Below the pieces are notes generated by a model, which searched no databases, was not told where the DNA came from, and was given only the letters and a program-made list of their open reading frames with translations. A DNA stretch of 64,000 nucleotides, taken from IMG/VR virus record IMGVR_UViG_3300013014_000024, positions 33,695 to 97,694 of that record. One strand, 5' to 3'. Below are positions 27,510 through 36,719 of the stretch, one piece after another. The position numbers and the translations under genes were made by a program. Source of the DNA: a virus. Numbering within the stretch: position 1 is the first letter of the stretch; each line of letters opens with the position of its first letter.

Positions 27510-28101
27510 CTTTTTTATTTAAATATTTTAGAATAGATTCTTTAATTCCTGTTTGTTTAATCCCCTCATTATCTTTTTCGGTCAATACAAAGTTATCTAA
27601 TCCCCACTCATGTTCGAACTCCATAGAGTAATATAAACCCGTTTTACCCATGTTTAAATCATCTACAGCCACCCAATTTGTTATCTCAGGATGGTCAACT
27701 AAATATTGTTTAATTTCAATAGACCTAGATTGTTCTAAATCCCATTGTCTTTCCCAAGGAAACACATTATTGTCATACCACTTACATTCATACGATTTAA
27801 GAGTAAACGAAATAGGTTTTTTTATAATTCCTTGTGATTCATAGTATTCACCCATTTCTTCAAGATTACAATGAAGTTTCCAATCAGAACTAACAACAAT
27901 CTCAGCTCCAGTTTCTTCTAAAATCTCATTTAAAACTTTTACCGCTTTTTTGTTAAAGTTATCAAACCTATATTCAAGTGGAATTTCTCCATTAGACATA
28001 GACAATTTTCTACCGCCCCATTTTTTTTGTTTTTTATAACGACCACCCCATTCTGTTGATAAACAGATTACTCCGTCATGGTCTAAAAATAGAATTTTCA
28101 T
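27502..28101 (-). CDS. HAD phosphatase, Swiss-Army-Knife RNA-repair-like (HAD_SAK_2)
   Basis: FLDHDGV, IVVSSDW, RSIEI, WVAVDD. Confidence 0.85.
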   Translation of the reverse strand: MKILFLDHDGVICLSTEWGGRYKKQKKWGGRKLSMSNGEIPLEYRFDNFNKKAVKVLNEILEETGAEIVVSSDWKLHCNLEEMGEYYESQGIIKKPISFTLKSYECKWYDNNVFPWERQWDLEQSRSIEIKQYLVDHPEITNWVAVDDLNMGKTGLYYSMEFEHEWGLDNFVLTEKDNEGIKQTGIKESILKYLNKKDE

Positions 28102-28176
28102 AACACAAAAGTAGATATTTATTATTAAAACACCAAAAGTCTTAGGACATAAATTTTAAACCCACACAGATGGAAG

Positions 28177-28401
28177 ATGGAGAAAAACAAGTTTACGTGG
28201 CAGAGAACGTTTCAAGACAACCTGTCACAAATATTTCTAATGTTAGCACTATTTTTCAACCCATTCGGGTTCGATGCCGTTCAATATTCTATAATATCAT
28301 GGACAGGAAGTTTATGGAAAGCCAACTTCGTTTTGTATTGTATTGCGGGATTCTTTTTTGGTCTTTATTTCTACTTTCGCAAGTTATCTAACAAACCTTA
28401 A
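28177..28401 (+). CDS. small two-TM membrane protein
   Basis: Two hydrophobic helices and a basic C-terminus. Confidence 0.55.
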   Translation: MEKNKFTWQRTFQDNLSQIFLMLALFFNPFGFDAVQYSIISWTGSLWKANFVLYCIAGFFFGLYFYFRKLSNKP

Positions 28402-29867
28402 AGTGCTTTAAGTTCACCGTTTTTATATGCTTCAAAATTAGGTCCTTTCATTAAAAAAAATTGGTTTCCTATTTTTCTATATTTCAAAATGCCAGCATTT
28501 TTTGCTGATGCAAAAAAGGATGAAAAATGACCTCTCCATTTTGAGGATTGATGCCAATTATTCATACCTTGTTGGGAGTACCAAACTGAACCATTCTCTG
28601 AAACCTTTCCTTCAAGTTTACCAATCTCAACAAGAAAATCTAACTTTGTTCCAATTTTTCCTTCATCTAACCAATCAACTAACTTTTTAATCAAACCTTT
28701 ATTTTTTTCAAAAGTATATCCGTAATGGAGTCTATCAGGTGTCCATACGGGTGTCTTATGAATATGTTGTAAAAGAATTGAATTATTTTCTAAGATTCGT
28801 CTAACAGAATTTAAGATGTAAGTTGCTATTGTAGAACTAATATTAGTTGTGTGATGTACAATAACATTAAAACTACCCCCAAAACCATCAAAACCTAAAT
28901 CAACTTTAAATTCTGAACCAACGTCACCAAAGTTATAATTAATCTCTAAACCGTATGACGAATCTCTTTTTCTTAAATTAGCACTAATAATAATTAAATA
29001 TTCATCCAACAAACCTTGTTGTTTTTCTTTTCTTTCATATATCTTCAAACCAGAATGAACTATGAAGGTGTTTTCATAATGGTCCATAAGTTCAAATCCG
29101 TTTATTGTTGTCGTTATTATAACATCAGAAATTATAATACTTTCAGTAAAAACATCGTTTGTTGTAAGTGATTGTTTTATTTTATCGACTGTTTCATCTG
29201 GATGAGCATCATCGTGATATTCTTTAATGGTTTTCCACATTTCAGAATATGCATTTTTAAAAAATACTTTTTCTCTACTACTTAAAGTGCTATCGGCAGC
29301 ATCGTAGAATGTTTCCTCACCTTGATTACTAATGTGAATTGCAATTTTATATAGATTTTCATCCATATCTTTTTTTGAAATTACATAGTAAAGACCTTGA
29401 TTACCTGAAGTATACCTGTTAAAGTAATCATCGTTATTTTTATTTGTTGTACACCATCTTGTTTTTGAACCGTATTTACAAGATGCCGCAAAGTTTTGAG
29501 GTTCAACAACAACAAATTTATCATCTTCGTATATTTTTTTTGATTTTGGTTTCTCTTTGTTTCTAGTGTATTCACTAATTCTTGAAATCAAATCAAAAAA
29601 TCCTGTATAATCATTTATGTCTTTTTTTTCTAAATTGTTTTGTACTTTATCAAACTTTTGTAATGCCTCAATTACCTCTTCAAGTTCTCTAAATGAATAA
29701 TTAGAATTTAAATTTTTTAAAATAAAATCGGCGTATTTGTAGTTAGTTTGCTTAATGAATTGGTCCGCAAAAACGTTACTAAGACCCTCATCTGAGAATT
29801 TTGATTCGTATTTTTTCATGAGGTCTTCTTTTCTTCCCTCCCTTAATAAAATGGTCATGAATTTCAT
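28398..29867 (-). CDS. hypothetical protein (ASCKYG..TRWC domain)
   Basis: 489-aa ORF sharing a domain with 34414-35778. Confidence 0.7.
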   Translation of the reverse strand: MKFMTILLREGRKEDLMKKYESKFSDEGLSNVFADQFIKQTNYKYADFILKNLNSNYSFRELEEVIEALQKFDKVQNNLEKKDINDYTGFFDLISRISEYTRNKEKPKSKKIYEDDKFVVVEPQNFAASCKYGSKTRWCTTNKNNDDYFNRYTSGNQGLYYVISKKDMDENLYKIAIHISNQGEETFYDAADSTLSSREKVFFKNAYSEMWKTIKEYHDDAHPDETVDKIKQSLTTNDVFTESIIISDVIITTTINGFELMDHYENTFIVHSGLKIYERKEKQQGLLDEYLIIISANLRKRDSSYGLEINYNFGDVGSEFKVDLGFDGFGGSFNVIVHHTTNISSTIATYILNSVRRILENNSILLQHIHKTPVWTPDRLHYGYTFEKNKGLIKKLVDWLDEGKIGTKLDFLVEIGKLEGKVSENGSVWYSQQGMNNWHQSSKWRGHFSSFFASAKNAGILKYRKIGNQFFLMKGPNFEAYKNGELKAL

Positions 29868-29910
29868 ATGATATAAATATGCGAAAAGGGAGATTACTCT
29901 CCCTTTTATG

Positions 29911-29982
29911 TGGTCTCGTCAAGAATCGAACTTGAATCTGGAGATTAGAAGTCACCCGTTCTATCCGTTGAACTACGAGACC
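29911..29982 (-). tRNA. tRNA-Arg(TCT)
   Basis: Cloverleaf, loop CTTCTAA. Confidence 0.9.
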
Positions 29983-29983
29983 A

Positions 29984-30331
29984 TTATTTCCAAAATAATT
30001 GTATCAACAATATACAAAAACTTAAAGATAAACAAATAATTGTTTTAATAGTAAAACTTTCTTTAAATAAAATAACGGACATAAATGTAAACACAACCAT
30101 ACCAATTGAAAATCCTAACAACCTTCCTGGCCATATCTGACCACCAAACCCATCCGCAATAAAACTAACTGATTTAATATATAACCAACTTGTAAAAATA
30201 CTACTAAAAAGTATTACCCATAAATATTTTTCATACCAATTATACTTTATTGCAACCTGTAATTGTATAAAGGAACCTATTTGTCCTAATAAGGCAAAAA
30301 ATATTCCAATCAGTATTTTATTTATATCCAT
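29984..30331 (-). CDS. four-TM membrane protein
   Basis: Hydrophobic ORF with TATATTTG upstream. Confidence 0.6.
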   Translation of the reverse strand: MDINKILIGIFFALLGQIGSFIQLQVAIKYNWYEKYLWVILFSSIFTSWLYIKSVSFIADGFGGQIWPGRLLGFSIGMVVFTFMSVILFKESFTIKTIICLSLSFCILLIQLFWK

Positions 30332-30405
30332 TTGTAACAAATATAGTAAAAATTTGTAACAAAAAAACCCCACCGAAGTGAGGGTTTTAAATTATATGAT
30401 TTTTA

Positions 30406-30726
30406 TTATTTTTTGTTCTTTATAATTAATTCACCTAAAACTTCTAATCTCCCCACTTCAGTTTGAAACTCTTTTTGTGTCATATCAAGTGAGATAGAAT
30501 TTAATGTTTTTTTAAACTCTTCAATAGATTTATTTTCATCAAATTTACCCTCACCAGCTTTTTTATAATATGGTAATTTCACAACAAAGTGTTGATATGT
30601 TAGTATTGAAGGTCCACCTTTCTCTTTTGCGGTATTAGCAATTTTTTCAGCACCAGAAAATCTTTTCTTCGCAAATTCTTCTAAATTTAATTTTTTTAGT
30701 TGTGATTCGGTTATAATTATTTTCAT
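30406..30726 (-). CDS. late protein (MKIIITESQL)
   Basis: ORF after TATTTAT. Confidence 0.65.
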   Translation of the reverse strand: MKIIITESQLKKLNLEEFAKKRFSGAEKIANTAKEKGGPSILTYQHFVVKLPYYKKAGEGKFDENKSIEEFKKTLNSISLDMTQKEFQTEVGRLEVLGELIIKNKK

Positions 30727-30819
30727 ATATTATAAATATATTGAAATTATAAATGTAAATTACACAACAATAAAAGAGATATGGATATGATTAATGACCA
30801 AATAATATCTCTTTCAAAA

Positions 30820-31611
30820 TTAATCTTCTTTCCTGTGTTCCAATTCAGTAGTAATTCTATTAGTTTCATATTTTTTTAATTCTATTTGTCCATTATTATC
30901 AACAACAAGTGCGGTCATATTCTCAACCCAATCACCTGAATTTAAGTATCTTTTATTGTTAATCATTCTATCTGCAGGTTGATGAATATGTCCACAAATA
31001 ACACCTTCACATCCAGCTTTCTCGGCCATATTGATGGCAGTAGTTTCAAAGTCGTTAATATATAAAGTTGCGGTTTTTACTCCCTCTTTAATTTTTTGTG
31101 AAATTGATTGATAAGATAAACCCCTCCACGCCCTGTATTTGTTATACACTCTATTTAACCAAAGAGCCATATCGTATCCTATTGAACCTATTCTTGATAA
31201 CCACTTATATTTTGTTATAAAAACATCAATAACATCTCCATGAAAAACATAAAAATTTCTACTGATAAAAACATCTCTGGTTTTCCATTCTTGGGTTTTC
31301 AGAATAAAGTTTTCTTTAAATTGTATATTTCCAAATGAGGTATCAATAAATTCAGATAAAAATTCATCATGATTTCCTCTAATCCAAATAACATTTGTGT
31401 CATTTGACATTGTTAAAATTTTAGAAATTACTTTGGTGTGTTTTTTCTTCCACTTGCTACCCCTATTTAATGCCCAAGCATCAACTATATCACCATTCAA
31501 TACTAAAGTATCGCACGGATGTTGTTCTAAAAACTCTAAAAACTCATTACATTTACTATCCTTAGTTCCTAAATGTAAATCAGAAACAATAACATATTGA
31601 TATTTTTTCAT
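30820..31611 (-). CDS. LpxH-like metallophosphoesterase (UDP-2,3-diacylglucosamine hydrolase family)
   Basis: SDLHLG, LNGDIVD, GNHD, HGD, CGHIH, NSGDWVE. Confidence 0.85.
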   Translation of the reverse strand: MKKYQYVIVSDLHLGTKDSKCNEFLEFLEQHPCDTLVLNGDIVDAWALNRGSKWKKKHTKVISKILTMSNDTNVIWIRGNHDEFLSEFIDTSFGNIQFKENFILKTQEWKTRDVFISRNFYVFHGDVIDVFITKYKWLSRIGSIGYDMALWLNRVYNKYRAWRGLSYQSISQKIKEGVKTATLYINDFETTAINMAEKAGCEGVICGHIHQPADRMINNKRYLNSGDWVENMTALVVDNNGQIELKKYETNRITTELEHRKED

Positions 31612-32309
31612 TTCCAATAATTGTGGTCTTTTTCAAAGAAGGCAGGATTATTTTTATTTAACATAGAAAGAAACATCATTTTAATCATATATAAAAGACC
31701 TTTTTTCTTTAATCTTCTATCTGTTGTATAAACTTTATGATTAGAAATGAAAATTTTATCAGGATGTATTTTACTACTTAAATCATAGTCCTCGGCAAAT
31801 AGAACTTTAGAATTGAATCCACCAAGCTCAAAAAACTTGTTTCTATTAAACAACATAAATCCACCTAAAACAAATGGAAAATGATTCATAGTCCAATCTC
31901 TAAAAAACTCAAATATTGGATATACGTATGAATATTTTCCTCTACATCTAAATTTAGCAGTTACTAACTCTAAATCACCACCCTCAATTATTTTTAAAAT
32001 ATTATGTGTTGTATTGGTATCTGTTAAAAATATATCAGCATCTAAAAATAAGATATATTTTGTTTCTGATAAAATTGCTCCGTTATTCCTTGCAATAGAC
32101 GGAACACCTCCTTGAGTAAATTCTATATTAATATTTTCGTATTTTTTTGATAGAACTACTTCTTTTGTGTTATCGGTAGAGTTATCACAGATAATAACTC
32201 TTGTATTTGAGATATGTTTTTGTTTGTTAAGTAAATCCAAAGTAGTACTTATGACTTCAGATTCATTTTTACAAGGTATTACAATAGTTAATAACTCATT
32301 GATTTTCAT
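31608..32309 (-). CDS. GT2 glycosyltransferase
   Basis: IVIPCKNE, ARNNGA, FLDAD, GGF...AED. Confidence 0.9.
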   Translation of the reverse strand: MKINELLTIVIPCKNESEVISTTLDLLNKQKHISNTRVIICDNSTDNTKEVVLSKKYENINIEFTQGGVPSIARNNGAILSETKYILFLDADIFLTDTNTTHNILKIIEGGDLELVTAKFRCRGKYSYVYPIFEFFRDWTMNHFPFVLGGFMLFNRNKFFELGGFNSKVLFAEDYDLSSKIHPDKIFISNHKVYTTDRRLKKKGLLYMIKMMFLSMLNKNNPAFFEKDHNYWK

Positions 32310-32359
32310 TCTGATAAATATGGAATGAAACCGACTTTCGTTTTAATAAATTATTAAAT

Positions 32360-32842
32360 TTATGGTGTTACAAAACTATTATTTAGCGACCCATCATTTC
32401 TATCTGACGGAGGAGGATATAATAAAGTTTTATTACTTTTAATAATTTTTAACACCATATTTTTATAACCCTTAGTTGTTGAATAGTATTTGTCTAAATA
32501 GTTCAAATATGATGCCCTTGTAAATTTATGAGTTGAAAACAACATTTTTTGGAACAAATAATAATCTTCAATACTTTCCCTCCAAGAGTTGTAAATTGCG
32601 TATCCATGAAAAGAACCAACAGAAGTTGTTGTTCTTTTCATAGGATTTCGCATACCAAAAATATTGTTATTTTTTTGGGTTAACCTACTGGTAAATCCAC
32701 CCGACTCAAGAACCGCTTGAGCAAATACAATATCAGGAAATTCAAGACCCTGCTCAAGTATTTCATTATATACTCCTAAATGCGTTGCACTGTCTTTTAC
32801 CGGTGTAATCACCGACAAAAGAAAAATCAATATTAACTTCAT
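32360..32842 (-). CDS. glucosaminidase (GH73-like) with N-terminal signal
   Basis: AQAVLESG...NNIFGM...Y.SW.ES...Y pattern. Confidence 0.8.
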   Translation of the reverse strand: MKLILIFLLSVITPVKDSATHLGVYNEILEQGLEFPDIVFAQAVLESGGFTSRLTQKNNNIFGMRNPMKRTTTSVGSFHGYAIYNSWRESIEDYYLFQKMLFSTHKFTRASYLNYLDKYYSTTKGYKNMVLKIIKSNKTLLYPPPSDRNDGSLNNSFVTP

Positions 32843-32843
32843 G

Positions 32844-32915
32844 TAGCCTTGCACGGAGTCGAACCGAAATCTCTACCGTGAAAGGGTAGCGTCCTAACCA
32901 TTAGACGACGAGGCC
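32844..32915 (-). tRNA. tRNA-Glu(TTC)
   Basis: CTACC-CTTTCAC-GGTAG. Some stem mismatches. Confidence 0.85.
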
Positions 32916-32925
32916 AAAATAAAAA

Positions 32926-33110
32926 AAACAGACTTTTCGTACCCGTTTGTACATCATAACCAATTTTACTCGGCGGTCATATTTTCGTAAATGGGTTAAT
33001 TACTCCCGGTACTTATAATGACTCTACCCTCACCGCTTTAATATCGCGAATCAAGACGGCCTATTTGGGATTCATATACCGTGGGGTTCCACCACCGTCG
33101 TTGTCTGTTT
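32926..33110 (-). ncRNA. unclassified 185-nt structured RNA
   Basis: Ends pair (AAACAGAC/GTCTGTTT). Internal GACGG/CCGTC, GTGG/CCAC, GCGGT/ACCGC. TATCTTTG promoter at 33117-33124. Confidence 0.55.
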
Positions 33111-33189
33111 AGAATACAAAGATAATAAATATTTTTAAAAAAACTAACCACCTCCATATTTTTTTTATCATCTCCATATATTTATAAAT

Positions 33190-33738
33190 ATGAACAAAAG
33201 GAAAATAAAACATAAAATGGGTAAATGTACCTGTAAAAATTGTGGTATTGAGTTTGAAAAACCATTGACGGAAATTAGAAGAAATGAAAAATTAAATAGA
33301 CCTAATTTTTGTAGTAGAACTTGTGTCGGAAAAAATAATGCTAAAAATTTTGGTGACAGAAAAAATAATTATGACATTTCACAACATTCAAGTAACCGCT
33401 TAGACGGATATACTAAGTTTAGATACCATTATAGAAATATGAAAAAAAGGTATCATGATATTGACGTAACTATTGATGATTTAAATGAACAATGGAAAAA
33501 ACAAGATGGTATTTGTGAATTTAGTGGAGTTAAATTAAATTTATCATCTTACACTAAAATAAATAAAAATCCAATATATACGGCATCTTTAGATAGAATT
33601 GATAATTCTAAAGGATATATTAAAGGAAATATTAGGTGGGTGTCAAGAGCAATGAATTGGATGAAAAATACTATGTCGGATGAAATGGTTGAGGAACTAC
33701 TCCAAATTATTGTTGAATATAAAAAAACCCCCAATTAA
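33190..33738 (+). mobile_element. free-standing HNH-like endonuclease
   Basis: CKNC...FCSRTC and SLDRIDNSKGYIKGNIRWV...N.MK. Confidence 0.75.
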
Positions 33739-33754
33739 GGGGGTTTTAGTTAAG

Positions 33755-34341
33755 TGGAGGTGGCGGGAATCGACATTTTTGGACTATCTCATCATCTTTT
33801 TTAGATGTCGGACGCTCTTGATGGTTTTACGATAGAAGCGTCTATCACCCATTAGTCTCTGCACCTTCTTCTTCCTACGAAGCTTGGCTCAGGATTGTTC
33901 CGTAATTGGAGTTTTCCCTGAATTCATCCGATTTTTCAATCAGTATTCCTACTGAAAGGGGCTCGATTTAACCCGCGTCTTTCCTGTTCAGCAATAAGTC
34001 ACTACAAGTTTAGTTCAACATTTGTTCTAAATGTTCCGAAATATTAGATTTGATGTAAGTGAGAAACAAATCTACAAATAACTTGGTCTCAGAATTATTT
34101 AAGGGAGCTCTGACCTGTGACCCCCATAACGGACTCCTGTTCCTGAGTATATGTCCTAACCGACTCGTAGTTGTTCTCTACAATTATGCAGCAACAACAA
34201 CAGCTTCTCTGGTCAAACCAAGAGCAGCCATTTTAGCAAAAGTTTTGCCTGTTATCTTTACCACCAATGATTAAAGTCGTATGTGACATCCGACTACTTG
34301 CGACTTATCCCTGATACCTGAAATCAATACCTGTCACCCCC
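33755..34341 (-). ncRNA. ssrA: tmRNA interrupted by a group I intron
   Basis: 5' GGGGGTGA pairs with 3' CACCTCC-A with G3-U70. T arm GCGGG-TTCGATT-CCCGC after splicing. Tag frame GKTFAKMAALGLTREAVVVAA-stop. Confidence 0.92.
33774..33970 (-). mobile_element. 197-nt ORF-less group I intron (IC3-like) in the tmRNA T loop
   Basis: Exon ends in U and intron ends in G. IGS TCGAGCCC. P AATTCAGGGAAA, Q AATCCTGAGC, R GTGCAGAGACT, S GAGATAGTCC. Confidence 0.92.
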
Positions 34342-34413
34342 ATATTTTCAAAGAACATTACAAAGGTAAGAATAGATAAATACATAAACAAATTTAAAAG
34401 TATTTATTTCATT

Positions 34414-35778
34414 ATGGATGAGGAACAAATTCAAGACCCTAAAGACCAAGTTGAAAAACTTTTTGAAGACGATAATGTTTTAATTGTTAGTCCTTTAACA
34501 ATTGAGGCTAATAGTTATTATGGAAAAAATACCCCATGGCATTATGATGGTTATCAGGGTACTAAAGATTTTGAAAGAAAATTAGCGTCTGGTGGTAAAA
34601 TATATTATATAATTAATAAAAAAACTAATGAAAAAGATAGTTTTTATAGAACCAAAGATGGTGATACAGGACTTTCAAAAAATGATATTGATAACTTATT
34701 CAAATTAGCCCCTACCGCAAGAAAAGTTTTAAATGATATCACAGGTAGCGATGTTTTCAAAAAACTTAGACAATATGCAAAAGGAAATATAGACGTAACT
34801 ACATTAGTAAATTCTGATGATTTAATTTATGACGTAATACAAAATAGAAAAAGTCCCGGTGATTCAAAAATAGTATTAAGTTTTGAAGAAGATGAGGACT
34901 TATATAAAATATTGGATTTTAATGATGATGATATTTGGTTCCTTAATATCATAGAGTCAAGAGATTATGAATTCACAGATTCAGATAGAATGTGGGAGGA
35001 TAACAAAGAAGGATATGGAATTTTTCGTTGGTTTAACGATTCAAATACAAATAAGTTAAGAGAAATCTCACAAATTGTTATGCCCGATAGGGAATTTGAT
35101 ACAAATTCCGAAAGTTTTATGGGTGAACTTTATAAAAAATTAGATGAACCTTTTGATAGTCAACTTGATAGGATGAATTGGGCATATATTGATGAATTTA
35201 ACGAAAAATCATCTGAACATGCCAGAACTGAAATTACTCATGAGATTGAAACGTACTTAAAAAGTAAAGAATTCACTCTGGTTAGAAAATACGATAGGTT
35301 ATCAATTGCTATTTCAGATTTAATTTATTTGTATTCAATAACAGGAAATAGGTATGCCGATTTAAAAACTTTATTAGAAATTGTTTTAAAACCTGGTAGA
35401 GGAGAAAATATTGGAGGATGGGGTGAAAATTATTATGAATACGAAGGTAAGGTAGATACAGATATGCTCAATAATGAATTTGAAACTCAATTAGATAAAA
35501 TATTTGATACTCTATCTGAAGACGAGAATTTGCAAGGATATTTTAAATTATACGAAGAAATTACATCAAAATATAAACTAAATACTTGGTATTCAACTCC
35601 TAAAGATGATAATATTATTTTTAGAATAAAAAAAATTAACCAAGATACATTATCGATAGTAGTTGATTTAAATCTAAAAGATAAGTCAGTTTGGGGTAAA
35701 ACCCATTCTTTTTCTGAAGAAAACTTTAATAAATTTTTATATCAACCAGAATTATTTAGTATTTTTCATGAGGATTAG
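34414..35778 (+). CDS. hypothetical protein
   Basis: 454-aa ORF. KLFEDDNVLIVSP...YYG..TPW resembles 28398-29867. Confidence 0.7.
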   Translation: MDEEQIQDPKDQVEKLFEDDNVLIVSPLTIEANSYYGKNTPWHYDGYQGTKDFERKLASGGKIYYIINKKTNEKDSFYRTKDGDTGLSKNDIDNLFKLAPTARKVLNDITGSDVFKKLRQYAKGNIDVTTLVNSDDLIYDVIQNRKSPGDSKIVLSFEEDEDLYKILDFNDDDIWFLNIIESRDYEFTDSDRMWEDNKEGYGIFRWFNDSNTNKLREISQIVMPDREFDTNSESFMGELYKKLDEPFDSQLDRMNWAYIDEFNEKSSEHARTEITHEIETYLKSKEFTLVRKYDRLSIAISDLIYLYSITGNRYADLKTLLEIVLKPGRGENIGGWGENYYEYEGKVDTDMLNNEFETQLDKIFDTLSEDENLQGYFKLYEEITSKYKLNTWYSTPKDDNIIFRIKKINQDTLSIVVDLNLKDKSVWGKTHSFSEENFNKFLYQPELFSIFHED

Positions 35779-35814
35779 AAAATTTTTTCCTATATTTGTG
35801 GAAATTATTTTATA

Positions 35815-36654
35815 ATGTCAGACTTAAATTTTCTAAAACAGGTTCTAAGCGTACCCACCGTAACTTACAACGAAGGATTAATGGTGGACTTCATCACAAC
35901 TTTTTTGGAAAAAAATAACATTGAGTATTTTGTGGATACGAATAACAATGTTTATGCCACAAAACATGATGGAAGTGATTTACCTCAGGATTTTTATTAC
36001 CCATGTGTTATTTCACACACCGACACGGTTCATGCCATTGATTCAATTAATGTTATTGAAGGTAAATTACCTAATGCTCAGGGTGATGTAAAAGACGCTC
36101 TACTCGCAATTAATAACGAAGGCAAACCAACAGGTATCGGTGGTGATGATAAATGTGGTGTTTTCGCATGTCTTACTCTACTAAAAGAACTCCCATTTTT
36201 AAAGGCCGCTTTTTTCGTATCTGAAGAAACTGGTTGCCACGGTTCAAAAGATGCGGATGATGAGTTTTTCTCAAATGTCGGATACGGAATCCAATTTGAT
36301 GCACCTGAGAATTGGATGATTACTGAAAAATGTTTTGGTTCCAAACTTTTTGATAGAGAAAGTGAGTTTTTCACCAAAATAGATAAGGTTCTTACTGAGA
36401 ATATGGTGGTTAAAGATATGGACTATATGACCCACCCTTACACAGATGTTTGGGCTCTTCGTAATCTATATAATTTTGCTTGTATTAATTTCTCAATTGG
36501 TTATTACAACTATCATACCCGTAATGAATATGTAATTCCTGAAGATGTATATAATGGAATTAAAATGGGTCGTGAAATGATTGAGAGTTTGGGATATACC
36601 TTACACTATAAGGAGAAACAAAAAGCTCAAATGAGATATGGTTTATGGGATTAA
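35815..36654 (+). CDS. M20/M28-clan metallopeptidase
   Basis: SHTDTV, GGDDKCG, SEETG, YH motifs. Confidence 0.85.
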   Translation: MSDLNFLKQVLSVPTVTYNEGLMVDFITTFLEKNNIEYFVDTNNNVYATKHDGSDLPQDFYYPCVISHTDTVHAIDSINVIEGKLPNAQGDVKDALLAINNEGKPTGIGGDDKCGVFACLTLLKELPFLKAAFFVSEETGCHGSKDADDEFFSNVGYGIQFDAPENWMITEKCFGSKLFDRESEFFTKIDKVLTENMVVKDMDYMTHPYTDVWALRNLYNFACINFSIGYYNYHTRNEYVIPEDVYNGIKMGREMIESLGYTLHYKEKQKAQMRYGLWD

Positions 36655-36719
36655 AAAAAAGGGAGTTTTTCTCCCTTTTTTTATGCCCCAAAAAAAGGGG
36701 GTCAATTGACCCCCATGTT

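Noticed and set aside
28177-28401. Holin call for the two-TM protein
   Set aside because: No adjacent endolysin and no recognisable family motif, so left as a membrane protein.
34059-34274. 71-aa plus-strand ORF
   Set aside because: Antisense to the tmRNA tag region.
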